Shown piece by piece: positions 50,769 through 64,000 of a stretch of DNA of 64,000 nt; position 1 is the first letter of the stretch, and each line of letters begins with the position of its first letter. Under the pieces are notes generated by a model. It had not been told where the DNA came from. It did not search any database and saw only the letters and a list, made by a program, of their open reading frames with translations. The stretch is from Heterodontus francisci (taxonomy: Eukaryota), in the NCBI RefSeq assembly GCF_036365525.1, contig NC_090404.1, positions 4,278,001 through 4,342,000 of the forward strand, read 5' to 3'. The position numbers were made by a program, and so were the translations under genes.

Positions 50769-51557
50769 NNNNNNNNNNNNNNNNNNNNNNNNNNNNNNNN
50801 NNNNNNNNNNNNNNNNNNNNNNNNNNNNNNNNNNNNNNNNNNNNNNNNNNNNNNNNNNNNNNNNNNNNNNNNNNNNNNNNNNNNNNNNNNNNNNNNNNNN
50901 NNNNNNNNNNNNNNNNNNNNNNNNNNNNNNNNNNNNNNNNNNNNNNNNNNNNNNNNNNNNNNNNNNNNNNNNNNNNNNNNNNNNNNNNNNNNNNNNNNNN
51001 NNNNNNNNNNNNNNNNNNNNNNNNNNNNNNNNNNNNNNNNNNNNNNNNNNNNNNNNNNNNNNNNNNNNNNNNNNNNNNNNNNNNNNNNNNNNNNNNNNNN
51101 NNNNNNNNNNNNNNNNNNNNNNNNNNNNNNNNNNNNNNNNNNNNNNNNNNNNNNNNNNNNNNNNNNNNNNNNNNNNNNNNNNNNNNNNNNNNNNNNNNNN
51201 NNNNNNNNNNNNNNNNNNNNNNNNNNNNNNNNNNNNNNNNNNNNNNNNNNNNNNNNNNNNNNNNNNNNNNNNNNNNNNNNNNNNNNNNNNNNNNNNNNNN
51301 NNNNNNNNNNNNNNNNNNNNNNNNNNNNNNNNNNNNNNNNNNNNNNNNNNNNNNNNNNNNNNNNNNNNNNNNNNNNNNNNNNNNNNNNNNNNNNNNNNNN
51401 NNNNNNNNNNNNNNNNNNNNNNNNNNNNNNNNNNNNNNNNNNNNNNNNNNNNNNNNNNNNNNNNNNNNNNNNNNNNNNNNNNNNNNNNNNNNNNNNNNNN
51501 NNNNNNNNNNNNNNNNNNNNNNNNNNNNNNNNNNNNNNNNNNNNNNNNNNNNNNNNN
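50769..51557. other. Assembly gap (789 N)
   Basis: Run of N. Confidence 1.
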
Positions 51558-51784
51558 GAGAAAATACATTCTGTAATTGATAAATATGCTTGTTTGCGTG
51601 GATGGAGACATAGCTGCAACGATGCAGGGATGACTAGATAGTTGGATGGCTGAATAAAATCAAAATACTGCTGATGCTGAAAATCTGAGATCAAAGTGGA
51701 AAGTGTTGGACATACTCAGCAGGGCTGGCAGCAACTGTGGAGAAAGAAACAGAGTTAACATTTAACGTCTGTGCAGTAGGTGAC

Positions 51785-52065
51785 ACAGTGGCGCAGTGGT
51801 TAGCACTGCAGCCTCACAATTCCAGTGACCTGGATTCGGGTACTGCCTGTGTGGAGTTCTCCTTGTGACCGCGTGGGCTTCTGCCGGGTACTCTGCTTTC
51901 TTCCCACAGCCAAAGACTTGCAGGTCGATGGGTAAATTGGCTATTGTAAATTACTCCTAGTGTGGGTATGTGGGAGGGAATATGGGATTAACGTAGGATT
52001 AGTATAAATGGGTGGTTGTTGGTTGGCACAGACTCGGTGAGCCGAAGGGCCGGTTTCAGTGCTGT
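51785..52065 (+). mobile_element. V-SINE (HE1-like)
   Basis: tRNA A-box GTGGCGCAGTGGTTAGCAC, V-domain, CR1-like 3' tail. Confidence 0.8.
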
Positions 52066-53764
52066 TTGCTTCTCCATAAACTTTCATCAGAACTGGCAAA
52101 GGTTGGACATGTAATAGGCTGTGTGAAAGTGGTGGGGTTGGTGAGGAATAGAACCAAAGGGAAGGTTTGGCACTGAGCAGAAGAGATCACCTGAATGTCT
52201 AAACGTTTTGTTTCATGTACTGATGAACAGATTGATGGATGCGTGGAATGAACAGATGGACAGATAGATAGATGGGCCTGAAAGATGCTGTTCTACAACC
52301 ACATCATTGTGATTGACTATTCCTAACAGGAAGCCGCCTCTTTATATCATTTGCATTACTTTGACGCCTTCCAGTTCTTCCTGATTTTCTGGATCATTTC
52401 AATCCCTCGGATATCCAGAAGTAACGAGATCAATTCACAAAAAGCCTGGTGATATCCCTGCGGTATCTCTACTAATGGGGCACATTTATCACAAAGATAT
52501 AAAGGGAGAATATGACTGGGTTATGAAGGGACGATTGTAATATTTCTGAACATGTGGTCCTTTCATGTACATCAAAGCACTCAACTCGAATTACTTCAAA
52601 CACATCAGCAATATAGAAAATCATTGGATACATTTTCCACTTCTCTCTGTAAATACTTATTCCTCTGATATACTCGTCCATTCACGCCATTCTAAAGAAC
52701 ACAGATAAAAGGAGAATAAACTGTAACTTTCTTCACCGCCATATATTCATTGTAAGTCATTGGCCACAGTGAAATATAACATGTGGGTAGAGCACACTGT
52801 GGTCCCAAATTCAAATGTCCTTAACTCCTTCAGCCACATTTCCCAGAGCCTCTCCATTTAGTCCATTCATGCACTATTGTTCACGAGTTCAGTACATCAG
52901 TGAGATTTACTGAGGCTGATGGTATCGGGTCACTGTGATAAGAACATAAGAAATAGAGGCAGGAGTAGGCCATTCAGCTCCTCAAGTCTGTTCCGCCATT
53001 TAAGAAGATCATGGCTGATCTTGTTGTGGCCTTAACACCACTTTCTTGCTTGCCCCGAAACCCTGCCCCACCAATCCCCGATAACCCTTGATTCCCTTGT
53101 CGATCAAAAATGGGTGACCATGATATCATTGTCGATTGTTGTGAAGACCCATCTGATGCACTATTGTCATTTAGGGAAGGAAATGTGCTGTCCTTATCTG
53201 GTCTGGACTACATGTGACTCCAGACCCACGCCGATGTGGTTGACTCTTAACTGTCCTCTGAAATGGACCAGACAGCCACTCAGTTCAAGGGCAATTAGGG
53301 ATGGGCAATAAATACTGGCCTATCCAGCGACGCCCACATCACAGGAACAAATTAAAAATTGGTTGAATATTACAGTGCAATTCCCAGAATGGCAGAGTTA
53401 TTCTCGTGTTGGATTCAAGGTCACACCCACAGACAGTGACTGTACTAACTATAACAAAAACAAAAAGTGCTGGAAAAGCTCAGCAGATCTGGCAGCATCT
53501 GTGGAGAGAGAAGCAAAGTTCACGTTTCAGGTCTGTGACCTTTCATCAAAACTGGCAAAGTTTAGAAAAGAATTTCCTCCTGCACTATGTACTGACTACC
53601 TGCCGTTCTGTCCCATATGGGGGAATGACCTGAGAGGTCCGGACTCTGCCTGACTTCACACAGTATCTATAATGGAAGTTTAACTGTTGAATGCCTGGAG
53701 TTCCATTTACTTATTGATTTTTATTTATCTATATCTATATTTTAATGAGCAATGACCCTTGATC

Positions 53765-54245
53765 ATCAGCCGTGGCTTTGTTGGTACCACTCTCCGCTCT
53801 GAGTTTGCAGGTCCAAGTTTCATGTTCTACTCTTGGACCTGAGCACAAAAATTACACTGGAACTACAGTGGAATGCTGCACTGTCAGAGGTATCGTCTTT
53901 CGGATGGGACAAGAACCCAAGGCGCTGTCTGCTCTCTCAGGTGTGAAGAATCCCATGGCACTATTTTGAACAAGTGCCGGCGAGTTCTACCAGGTGTTCT
54001 GATCAGTATTTCTCCCTCAACCGACCTCACAAAAACAGATTATCTGGTCATTATCGTATTGCTGTTATTGGAGGGGCCGAGTGGCCTGCTGCTGCTCCCA
54101 ATTCGCATGTTCGTATGTTTGCTGTGTGCAAATTGACTGCTGCATTTCCTACATTCCATCAGTGACGGTAGTTCACAAGTAGTTCATTAGTTGCAACGTT
54201 TTTCAGACGTCCTGTGGTCGTGAAAGGCCCGAGAGAAATGCAACA
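53765..54245 (+). mobile_element. DeuSINE (SacSINE1-like)
   Basis: GTCTTTCGGATG...TGTCTGCTCTCTCAGGTG...ATCCCATGGCACTATTT core. Confidence 0.65.
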
Positions 54246-54564
54246 ATTTTTGGTCTTTTTTACTAATGATAGTTGTAAAAAGGAGTGATGGATTGAGCAA
54301 GTAAATCATGCACTGCTCGAATGATAAAGCTGAGAAGGAGGCTATTCAGCCTTTCAGGACTGCACCAGCTCTTTGACAAACTATCCAATTATTCCACTCC
54401 CCCCTGTTATTTCGCCAAAACCGTGCATTCTTTTTCCATTTGAAATATCTATGAAATTCCCTTTCAAAAGTTATTGTTCAATCTACTTCCCCCCTTTCAG
54501 GAACTGCATTCCAGATCATAACAATTTCCTCTGTCATTTGTCTTCCCCCTCATATCGCCGAGAG

Positions 54565-57130
54565 TCATAGAATTAGAGAGTCATTTACGGCACAGACGGA
54601 GGCCATTCGGCCCATTGAGTACATGCTGGCTCTCCACAGAGCTTTTCAGTCAGTGCCCCACTGCCCCACTCGATCCTCGTAGCCCTGCAAGTCTATTTCC
54701 TTCAAATGACCATCCAATTTCCTTTTGAAGTCATTTATTGTCTCTGCTTCCACCACCTTTGTGGACAGCAATTTCCAAGTCATTACCACCCGCTGTGTTA
54801 CAGCGTTCCTCTTCATATTCCCCTTGCATCTATTGCCCAAAGCCTTCATTCTGTGTCCCCTAGTCCTTGTACCATTAGTTAATGTGAATGACTTTTCCGC
54901 CTCTAATATAAAATAAAACAAGAAATGCTGGAAATACTCAGCAGTATTTATACTCAGAACGGTATGTTAATGCCTTTGTTCCATGACCTTCTGGTCAGTT
55001 GTTCTCTGTGATCCTATCTTATCAACACCTTCACCTTTGTTATCTCTTGCCCCACCCCCGCTTTACTTGCTTAAAACCTTTTACATTTCTAATATTTGTT
55101 AGTTCTGATGAAGGGTCACTGACCTGAAACAATAACTCTGTTTATCTCTGCACAGATGCTGCCAGACCTGCTGAGTACATCCAGCATTTCTCGTTTTTAT
55201 TTCAGATTTCCAGCATCTGCAGTATTTTGCTTTTATTTTCCACCTCTAACTTGCCGAAATCTGTCATAATCTTGTACATGTCTATTAATCTCCCCTCAAC
55301 CTCTTTTGTTTGAAGAAGAATAAGCTCAGTTTTTCCAACTTATCCTTGTCATGAAAATCCTCCATCCCCAGAACTATTCTAATAAATCTCTCTCAAGGAC
55401 TCTCACATGCTTCCAAAAGTGTGGTGACCAGAACTGGACGCAATACTCCAGTATTGGCCTGACCAGAGCCTGACCAGGGCGGCATAGTAGCGCAGTGGTT
55501 TGCACCGCAGCCTCACAGCTCCAGGAACCCGGGTTCGATTCCGAGTACTGCCTGTGTGGAGTTTGCAAGTTTTCCGTGTGTCTGCGTGGGTTTTTTCCGG
55601 GTGCTCCGGTTTCCTCCCACAAGCCAAAAGACTTGCAGGTTGATCGGTAAATTGGCCATTATAAATTGTCACTAGTATAGGTAGGTGGTAGGGAAATATT
55701 GGAACAGGTGGGTATGTTTGCTAGGAATATGGTATTAGTGCAGGATTAGTATAAATGGGTGGCTGATGTTCGGCACAGACTCGGTGGGCTGCAGGGCCTG
55801 TTTCAGTGCTGTTTCTCTCATCTAATCTTACAAATGTTCAGCTTAACGTCCCTGCTTTTGTATTCAATACCTGTGTTTATGAAACCCAAGATCCCATATG
55901 CTTGCCTCACCACTCTCTCAAGATGTTGTGCCACCTTCAAAGATCAATGCACATGCATCCCAATGTCCCCCTGTTCCTGTACACTCTTTAGAACTATGCC
56001 ATTAAGTAAATTCTGCCTCTCCCTTTTCCTTCTGCCAAAATGCATCACCCGCGACTTGTCTGTCCACACTGCTGACCTTCTATGACCTGTTGCAGTGGTT
56101 ATATATCATCCTCACTATTTGCCATACCTCCAAGATTGGTGTCATCTGCAAATTTGGAGATTCTACTCCATATTCCAAGATCCAAGTCCACGTAGCTTTT
56201 GGTTATTTTGCTATTTACCTTGAATTTTTGTCCTCTCGTTATCAACCGTTCTACCACTGGAAATATTTTCAATTTACATATTCGATCAAACGCACCAAGG
56301 CTCCTCAGACAGCACCTTCCAAACCCACAACCTCTACCACCTCGAAGGACAAGAGTACTAGATGGTACTAAGGCAGCTTCACAGCTCCAGTGACCCGGCT
56401 TCAATTCAAGGTACTGCCAGTGTGGAGTTTGCAAGTTCTCCCACATCCAAAAGTCTTGCAGGTTAATAGGTAAATTGGCCATTATAAATTGCCCCTAGTA
56501 TAGGTAAGTGGTAGGGGAATACAGAGATAGGTGAGGATGTGGTAGGAATATGGGATTAGTGTTGGAATGGTAGAAATGGGTGGTAAATGGTCGGCACAGA
56601 CTTGGTGGGCCGAAAGGCCTGTTTCAGTGCTGTATATCAAAATCAAATCACCACCTGCAAGTTCCCATACAAATCACACACCATCCTGACTTGGAACTAT
56701 ATCGCTGTTCCTTCACTGTCGCTGGGTCAAAATCCTGGAACTCCCTTCCTAACAGCACTGTGGGTGCAGCTACCTCACATGAACTGCAGTGGTTCAAGAA
56801 GGCAGCTCATCACCACCTTTTCAATGGCAATTAGGGATGGGCAATAAATGCTGGCCAAGCCAGGGATGCCCACATCACATGAATAAAAGAAAATCAAAAC
56901 ACCTCTATGAAATCTCCTTTTAACCTTTTCTTCTCTCAGCAGAACAAACTTTGCTGCTTCAGTCTCTCCATCTAACAGAAATCTTTATCCTTGGTACCAT
57001 TTTAGAACATTTTTCTGGACCATCTCCAAGGCCTTGATGTCTTTCTGAAAAAGTGGTACCCAGAAATGAACACAATACTCCAGCTGAAGCCTACTGGTGT
57101 TTTGTAAAAGTTTAGCATAATCATAATTTT
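54565..57130 (-). mobile_element. Nested CR1 fragments with inserted V-SINEs (about 55480-55825 and 56370-56640, plus strand) and Penelope termini
   Basis: LEYCVQFWSPHF and ISKFADDT motifs; SINE V-domain. Confidence 0.85.
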
Positions 57131-57954
57131 TCTGCTGGAGTCGTCTATGACTTGGTGCAATGAGAACTGAGGTAAGGGCTAATGTAATATAAACAGATGG
57201 ATGGTGCGGTGTAGTAATAACTGAGACAGGATCTAGTGCAATATAAATTGACACATTGTGCAATGCAAGAATAAAAGAGATATTGTCCAGCGTAATATAG
57301 ATGGATATGTGACATTGAGTAATATAAACAGCGGAATCATTTTGTGTAATAGGTTTAGAGCCATGCTTAAATATATTACATGATCTGCAATTACGTTTTG
57401 AATAGAAGGAAATAAAATGCTAAAATATAATTTGTGAAGGTAATTATCCATCTTTGTTGAATCCATTGAGAAGTATTAATAATGATGTGCTTTCTACACA
57501 AACGCACACATTTTACATATACACATATACAATTACACATACATGTACACTTACATGTGTGTTTGTGTGTGCTCGATTAGTTTTCAGTTGTCCCCATCTA
57601 GCAGCTGAGAGCTATGGAATTAGGTTAAAGTTACACTAGACTCTGCCTCCTTCGTTACTGCACTAGACACTGCTGCAGTTCATATTACAGTAGACATTAT
57701 CTCAGTTGGCATTGCATTAGACATCTCTTTGTTTATTTTGCACACGACTCATTCTAGTTTACTGCTGCACTAGACCATGCTTCGACTTATATTACACAAG
57801 GCCATGCCTCAGTTGTTTCTGCAATGCACCATATTTCTGTTTATATTACACTGGACTCTGTCCCAGCATACTACATTAGACCATGTGCAGTTATTACTGC
57901 AGGAGACCATTTGTCTGTTTATAATACATAGGCTTTGCTCAGATGTTACTACTA

Positions 57955-58290
57955 CACAGTGGCACAGTGGTGAGCACTGCAGCCTCACAGCTCCAGGGAC
58001 CCGGGTTCGATTCCGGGTACTGCCTGTGTGGAGTTTGCAAGTTCTCCCGGTTTCTGCGTGGGTTTTCTCCGGGTGCTCCGGTTTCCTCCCACAAGCCAAA
58101 AGACTTGCAGGTTGATCGGTAAATTGGCCATTATAAATTGTCACTAGTATAGGTAGGTGGCAGGGAAATATAGGGACAGGTGGGGATGTTTGGTAGGAAT
58201 ATGGGATTAGTATAAATGGGTGGTTGATGTTCGGCACAGACTCGGTGGGCCGAAGGGCCTGTTTCAGTGCTGTATCTCTAATCTAATCTA
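57955..58290 (+). mobile_element. V-SINE (HE1-like), well preserved, with (TCTAA)n tail
   Basis: A and B boxes (GGTTCGATTCC), V-domain, GGGCCGAAGGGCCTGTTTCAGTGCTGT tail. Confidence 0.88.
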
Positions 58291-58683
58291 GATCATGTCC
58301 CACTTCTATTACACGAAATCCCATCCCACCAATATTATACTAGACCATGTTGCTTTTGATATTATGCTCGGTCTTGTCCCAGTTATTAATGCGGCAGCCC
58401 ATAGGGTTGTGTTGTGTGGTCACGGTTCCAGACTCTGTCTGACACCGTCATTAGGTCAGACGAAACCTAAGTAGAAAATCCTGCAGGGGAAACAATTCTT
58501 AACAATAGAAAGGAATTGTGAAAATTATCACATTACAACACAAGTGATGGATTCGTAAACTTCAATACAACAGAATTTGTCAGTAAGCAGTGTAAATTGC
58601 TTAATTTTAGTCCTATCCCTCAACCCAGTTCATCTCTGGGAGATTGTTACAAGATTCGCCCCATCCTTTCAACAATAATATTG

Positions 58684-59950
58684 GTCATGTCTCACCAACT
58701 TAATAGAATTCTTTGAGGAAGTGACAAAGTTGATTGATGAGGGAAGGGCTGTCGATGTCATTTACATGGACTTCAGTAAGGCGTTTGATAAGGTTCCCCA
58801 TGGTCGGCAGATGGAGAAAGTGAAGTCGCATGGGGTCCAGTGTGTACTAGCTAGATGGATAAAGAACTGGCTGGGCAACAGGAGACAGAGAGTCGGAGTG
58901 GAAGGGAGTTTCTCAAAATGGAGACGTGTGACCAGTGGTGTTCCACACTGATCCGTGCTGGGACCACTGTTGTTTGTGATATACATAAATGATTTGGAGG
59001 AAAGTATAGGTGGTCTGATTAGCAAGTTTGCAGACGACACTAAGATTGGTGGAGTTGCAGATAGTGAAGGGGACTGTCAGATAATACAGCACAATATAGA
59101 TAGATTGGAGACTTGGGCAGAGAAATGGCAGATGGAGTTCAATCAAGGCAAATGCGAGGTGATGCATTTTGGAAGATCCAATTCAACAGTGAACTATACA
59201 GTAAATGGAAAAGTGCTGGGGAACATTGATGTACAGAGAGATTTGGGTGTTCAGGTCCATTGTTCCCTGAAGGTGGCAACGCAGGTCAATAGAGTGGTCA
59301 AGAAGGCATACGGCATGCTTTCCTTCATCGGACGGGGTATTGAGTACAAGAGTTGGCAGGTCATGTTGCAGTTGTATAAGACTTTGGTTCGGCCACATTT
59401 GGAATACTGCGTGCAGTTCTGGTCGCCACATTACCAAAAGGATGTGGATGCTTTGGAGAGGGTGCAGAGGAGGTTCACCAGGATGTTGCCTGGTATGGAG
59501 GGCACTCGCTATGAAGAGAGGTTGAGTAGATTAGGATTATTTTCATTAGAAAGACGGAGGTTGAGGGGGGACCTGATTGAGGTGTACAAAATCATAAGAG
59601 GTATAAACAGGGTGGATAGCAAGAAGCTTTTTCCCAGAGTGGGGGATTCAATTATTAGGGGTCGCGAGTTCAAAGTGAGAGGGGAAAAGTATAGGGGGGA
59701 TATGCGTGGAAAGTTCTTTATGCAGGGGGTGGTGGGTGCCTGGAACGCGTTGCCAGCGGAGGTGGTAGACGCGGGCATGAAAGCTTCTTTTATGATGTAT
59801 CGAGACGGATACATGAAGGAGCAGGAAGCAAAGAGATACTGACCCTTAGAAAATAGGCTTTAGATAGAGGATCTGGATCGGCGCAGGCTTGGATGGCCGA
59901 AGGGCCTGTCCCTGTGCTGTAATTTTCCTTGTTCTTTCTTTGTTCTTTGT
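58684..59950 (+). mobile_element. 5'-truncated CR1 LINE (RT)
   Basis: MDFSKAFDKVPH and FADDTK motifs; 295-aa ORF; TTCTTTG tail. Confidence 0.95.
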
Positions 59951-60239
59951 ATTACCCACAGAATACCAGAGCAATTAGAAATTGCACACCACTGCTTATC
60001 GCTTTGAATAAGATTAAACGTATTCTTACAACCAAAAATGATTGCACCACACACAGACATATATTTTCATTTATATTCCTATCCATCTATCTATATAACA
60101 GTTAAATGGTCTGGTGCCATAAAATAACCGAGACACGGCCTCGTATAAACAAAAGACAAAGACATGGTTTAATGTAATTAAACAGAGTTATGGTTTAATG
60201 CGATATTCAATTCAATTCAATACCATTTTATTGATGATA

Positions 60240-60680
60240 AGTTGAATTGGAGAGAACAGTGTGGAGATGTGCTGGCCAAGTGACATACACCAATATACTA
60301 CTCAGAAAATTAAAATCCTTTCGAGCAGAACCCGTAATCATGAAACTCTTCTATACAGTTGTTGTTTTGGGTGCTGTCCTTTTTGAATGTCTTTCCTGGT
60401 ACTGTTGTCTTCGGAATGTAGATACTTTCAGGGTACAGAGATTTCTGAACCAAGCAGGAATGGTAGTGATGAGCAGATATTTCTTGACAACATCTGCTCT
60501 CAAAGAATTTGTACAAAAGAACATTATGAACAGTAAGAATCGCCCCTTGTCTCAATATTACTTTTCAAAGCGTTCAGGGAAAAGGCTACAATCCCTTAAA
60601 TGTAGGACAAATCGGTTCTTGAACTCGTTCGTGCTTTTCTCTGAAATAACTTTTAACGGGAGATTGATAAATGGATGACC
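60240..60680 (+). mobile_element. Old non-LTR retrotransposon RT C-terminal fragment (Rex1/L2-like)
   Basis: LRKLKSF...KLFY...SWY...SGKRLQSLKCRTNRFLNSF motif. Confidence 0.7.
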
Positions 60681-61239
60681 ATATCCATTCATTAAGGGAC
60701 TCATTGATTATTTTCATGCATTGAAATTAGTTTTAAACATCTATTTTAATCAACTTTGACTTTGTGTGATCGGGTAATTTTCTTTCTTTTTATTGCTATT
60801 GTCCATATGCAATTTTAAAGTGTGCAATGTTATTCCGATCGAGCAGCTGAGAGTTATGGCATTAGCTGGATTTTAGCATCCTGCACCAGCCCATCTGGCG
60901 GTGCTGTGTGGTCACGGTTCCAGACCCTGGCTGACACAGTCAGTTGGTCAGATGAAAGCTAAACAGAATATCCTGCAGGAAAAACATCCCTCAGCAATAA
61001 AAGGAATTTGTGAGCAATTTTCACAGTACAACACAACAGTGAATTCGTAAACTTTAACACAAAGTTTATCACGAAGTAGTGCAAAGTTCATTACACCTTT
61101 AGTCTGTTCCCTCAATCCCAGTTGATCGCTGGGAGATGGTTACATTACGCCAGTTGACGCTGACCATTGTTTGTAAAATTTAGCGACATCATTATTTTTC
61201 TACTCGTCATCTACGGCCTCGTGAAATGAGAACTGAAAC

Positions 61240-64000
61240 ATGGCCTATTTTAAATATAAACAGATACATGGTCCGGTAGTACACATTACATGACACTCGG
61301 CCCTGTTTACATTACATTTGGCCCTATTTCTGTTGATGTTACTGTGGTCTTGTCTCAGTTTTAAATGCAGAAACGTTTGCCTCTTAGTATAGCAAACAAG
61401 ATTCTGTTTCAGTCATTGCAGCACGAGGCCAACTCCCTCTCTCTCTCCCTCTCTGTTTATAATGCACCACCTCCTCTCCCAGTTACGAAACCATGTCTCT
61501 ATTTCCATTGCACCAGACCCTGTCTCTGTTATTACTCAACTAAATTAATTCTGCTGATATTTCACTGTCCCAGTTTATGTTACTAGAGATGCTGCCTCCT
61601 TTATTGGTGCACTAGACTACGCTTCTACTCACATTTCACAAGGCCCTGTCTCACATATTACTACACTGGGCCATATCTCTGTTTCTATTAAGCAAAGCCC
61701 TGTCTCAGCTTACAACATAAGACCATGTGCTGTTATTAGTGCAGGAGACCAATTCTCTGTTTATAATACATTCGGCCTTGCTCCGTTATCACTGCACTAA
61801 ATCATGTCCCACCTTTATTACATTTCCTTTGTTCTGAGGAGAATACCTCAAGTCTTAAATTATATTTTAGAATTTTATTTCCTTCCACCCAAAACGTAAT
61901 TGCAGATCATTTAATACAATTGGCCAAGGCTCGAGATTTATTGAACACATCGATTTCGTTGTTTATATTACATTAGACCATGTTGTTTGTTTCTATTCTG
62001 CTCGGCTGCCTCAGATGTTGCGGCGCGAGGCCATATCTCTATTCATTCCACTAAACGATGTCACATTCTATAATGTTGTAGTTTGTGCCTCAGTTATTAG
62101 TGAAGTAACCAGAAAAAATATTGGAAGATGTCGGAGAGGAAATGGTGACGGTAAAACGTTAAAATGAATTTTATGGAAGCAGAAATGGTGCGAAATTCAC
62201 AGAAAGCAGCAAGTGTTTCATTCCTTTACAAACAATGGAAATAATAAATCAGTCATTTATAGATTTATTAGCTTCACATCATGTACAGGTAGTTTCATTT
62301 TTACCATCACTTACACAAATCATCACACACGCGAGGTGTTTTACCATCAGCTTCTGTGTGATGGTGAGGTGATCACTTAACAATAAAGCACAGAGACTGG
62401 AGAGTCGCTGCTCATTACCCCTCGGTCTGCAATCACATCTTGAATTAAATAAATGCTTTAAAAATTGGTGAAGATAATTACTTATATTTATGGAGTTGTA
62501 AATAATATGGTGTGCTTTGCACAGATACAAATGGGGTGACTTTGGTGAGAGAGTGAAACCAGGGGCTAAATGGGGACTGTGCTGATGAAAAGACCCTGTT
62601 TGAATGACTGCATTTAGCACCCAATTTCCATCTAATTGCTGATTGCCATAAAATTGAACTTGTCTGGAAATGTTAAACCAGAGACCAGCAGGTTCAACAC
62701 TCAGGTGCTGAGTAACCACAATATTCTTGAATCAATATATGTGGGCTCCATGCACGCACTTCTACTATAAGTGTGAGGTTGGCGGCCTGACACACGGTAA
62801 CAAGTTTCAGGATGGCTCAGGAACCAACTGAGTGGCTGCACAGATTCTCAGAAAGCCTTGTCGGTCCTGGTGGAGGAGATCCAGGAGAGGAGGGATGTCC
62901 TGTACCCGCAATGTACCCTTCTGTCTCACTATCCTGCAGCAGCTGGTGCTACTCTGCCTGGCCTCATGTCCTCCTCCCATTCGTACACCAGGATGCCGAT
63001 GACCTCGCTGTGAAGGCCATTCCTTGAGAGGCAGGTTCTGCCACAAGTGGCGGAACCCCTTCAACCAAGATCAACAAATTAAACTAACAAACGTTCAGCC
63101 ATTTTGCTCTATTACAAATTTCTCTGTGCAGAAATCGGCAACATTCATCTGGAATTAGTTGCACTTCAAATTTTGGGACCTCCTAGAGAAGGTGATGGGC
63201 TGGGACTTCAACGCAAGTTGTTTCTTGGTGTATTAATATCAGAAGCAGTAACTGACATCGACATTTTCACAAGAGGAGCAATGGCCAAACACAACCACAA
63301 GGTGTCAGTGAAAGCCCGATTGTTTACATTACTTGAAACAGGTGCTGCCTTCATTATTACTGCTCCAGATCCTGTTTCTGTTTATATTACACTAGATGCT
63401 GTCTCTGTTTATATTAAGCTAGAACTTGCTTTTGTCTATATTATACTAGATGTTGTCTCTGTTTATATTATACCAGGTCATTTTCCGATTCGTATTCCAA
63501 CAAATATTGTCTCTGAACATATAAAAACAGTCCATTGCTCAGCTATTCCGACATTGGCCCAATCTCAGGTGTTAATACTCTGGACCATGTTTCTGTTTGC
63601 ACCACACAATACCCTGTCTAGGTCATTCCTGTACGAGATCACATTTCTGTTTCCATCACACAAAGCCCTGTCTCGGTTATTACTGTAATGAACCATCTCT
63701 CTGTTACTACTACACGGAATTCTGTCTCACCTGGTGCTGAACTTGTCCATGTCTCAGATCATTGAAATCGAGGTTCTGTATCAATAATTACTGCACTGGA
63801 CCTTGTCTCGGTTTTTCTTCTAATGGACCCTGTCTCACGTATGACTACATTCTATCATGTCCCTGTTCTCATTACACAAGACACTGTCCCAATTATTATT
63901 GCACTCGACAGATTTCAGATTACACTTGATCATGTATCTGTTTAAATTACACCAGAACATGACTGTTAATACTAAACGAGACACAATCTCAGTTTTTACT
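61240..64000. repeat. Interrupted degenerate satellite of about 27-30 bp (TATTACACTAGACCATGTCTC-like); also at about 2950-3290, 57130-57950 and 58290-58390 in both orientations
   Basis: Recurring diverged units. Confidence 0.7.

Noticed and set aside
50676-51694. Long ORFs of 270-330 aa
   Set aside because: Artefacts of the N gap.
57955-58030. tRNA gene
   Set aside because: The A and B boxes belong to a SINE head; no full cloverleaf.
61240-64000. CRISPR-like array
   Set aside because: Vertebrate degenerate satellite with no constant repeat and unique spacer structure.

Overview
This is eukaryotic genomic DNA from a cartilaginous fish; the IgM constant region closely resembles horn shark (Heterodontus) sequences as I recall them. 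The main gene is a complete, open, non-germline-joined IgM heavy-chain cluster on the minus strand (about 33.2-49.1 kb): promoter, leader, VH, D1, D2, JH, Cmu1-4, secretory tail, TM1 and TM2, with 23 / 12-22 / 12-12 / 23 RSSs. About 11 kb from its 3' end, at 13-24.5 kb, is an array of at least five T-cell receptor alpha/delta-type V pseudogenes in both orientations, several with leader exons and 23-RSSs. The IgM cluster therefore appears to sit inside or at the edge of the TCR alpha/delta V field. The remainder is nested CR1 LINEs (one near full length), Penelope-like elements whose termini carry minimal hammerhead ribozyme motifs, V-SINE, DeuSINE and tRNA-SINE copies, satellites, and a 789-bp N gap. 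The least explained signal is an open, in-phase candidate exon between the secretory poly(A) site and TM1 that would give IgM a 98-aa basic, Cys-repeat C-terminal tail. Ig/TCR exon and RSS coordinates were read base by base; repeat boundaries are approximate.
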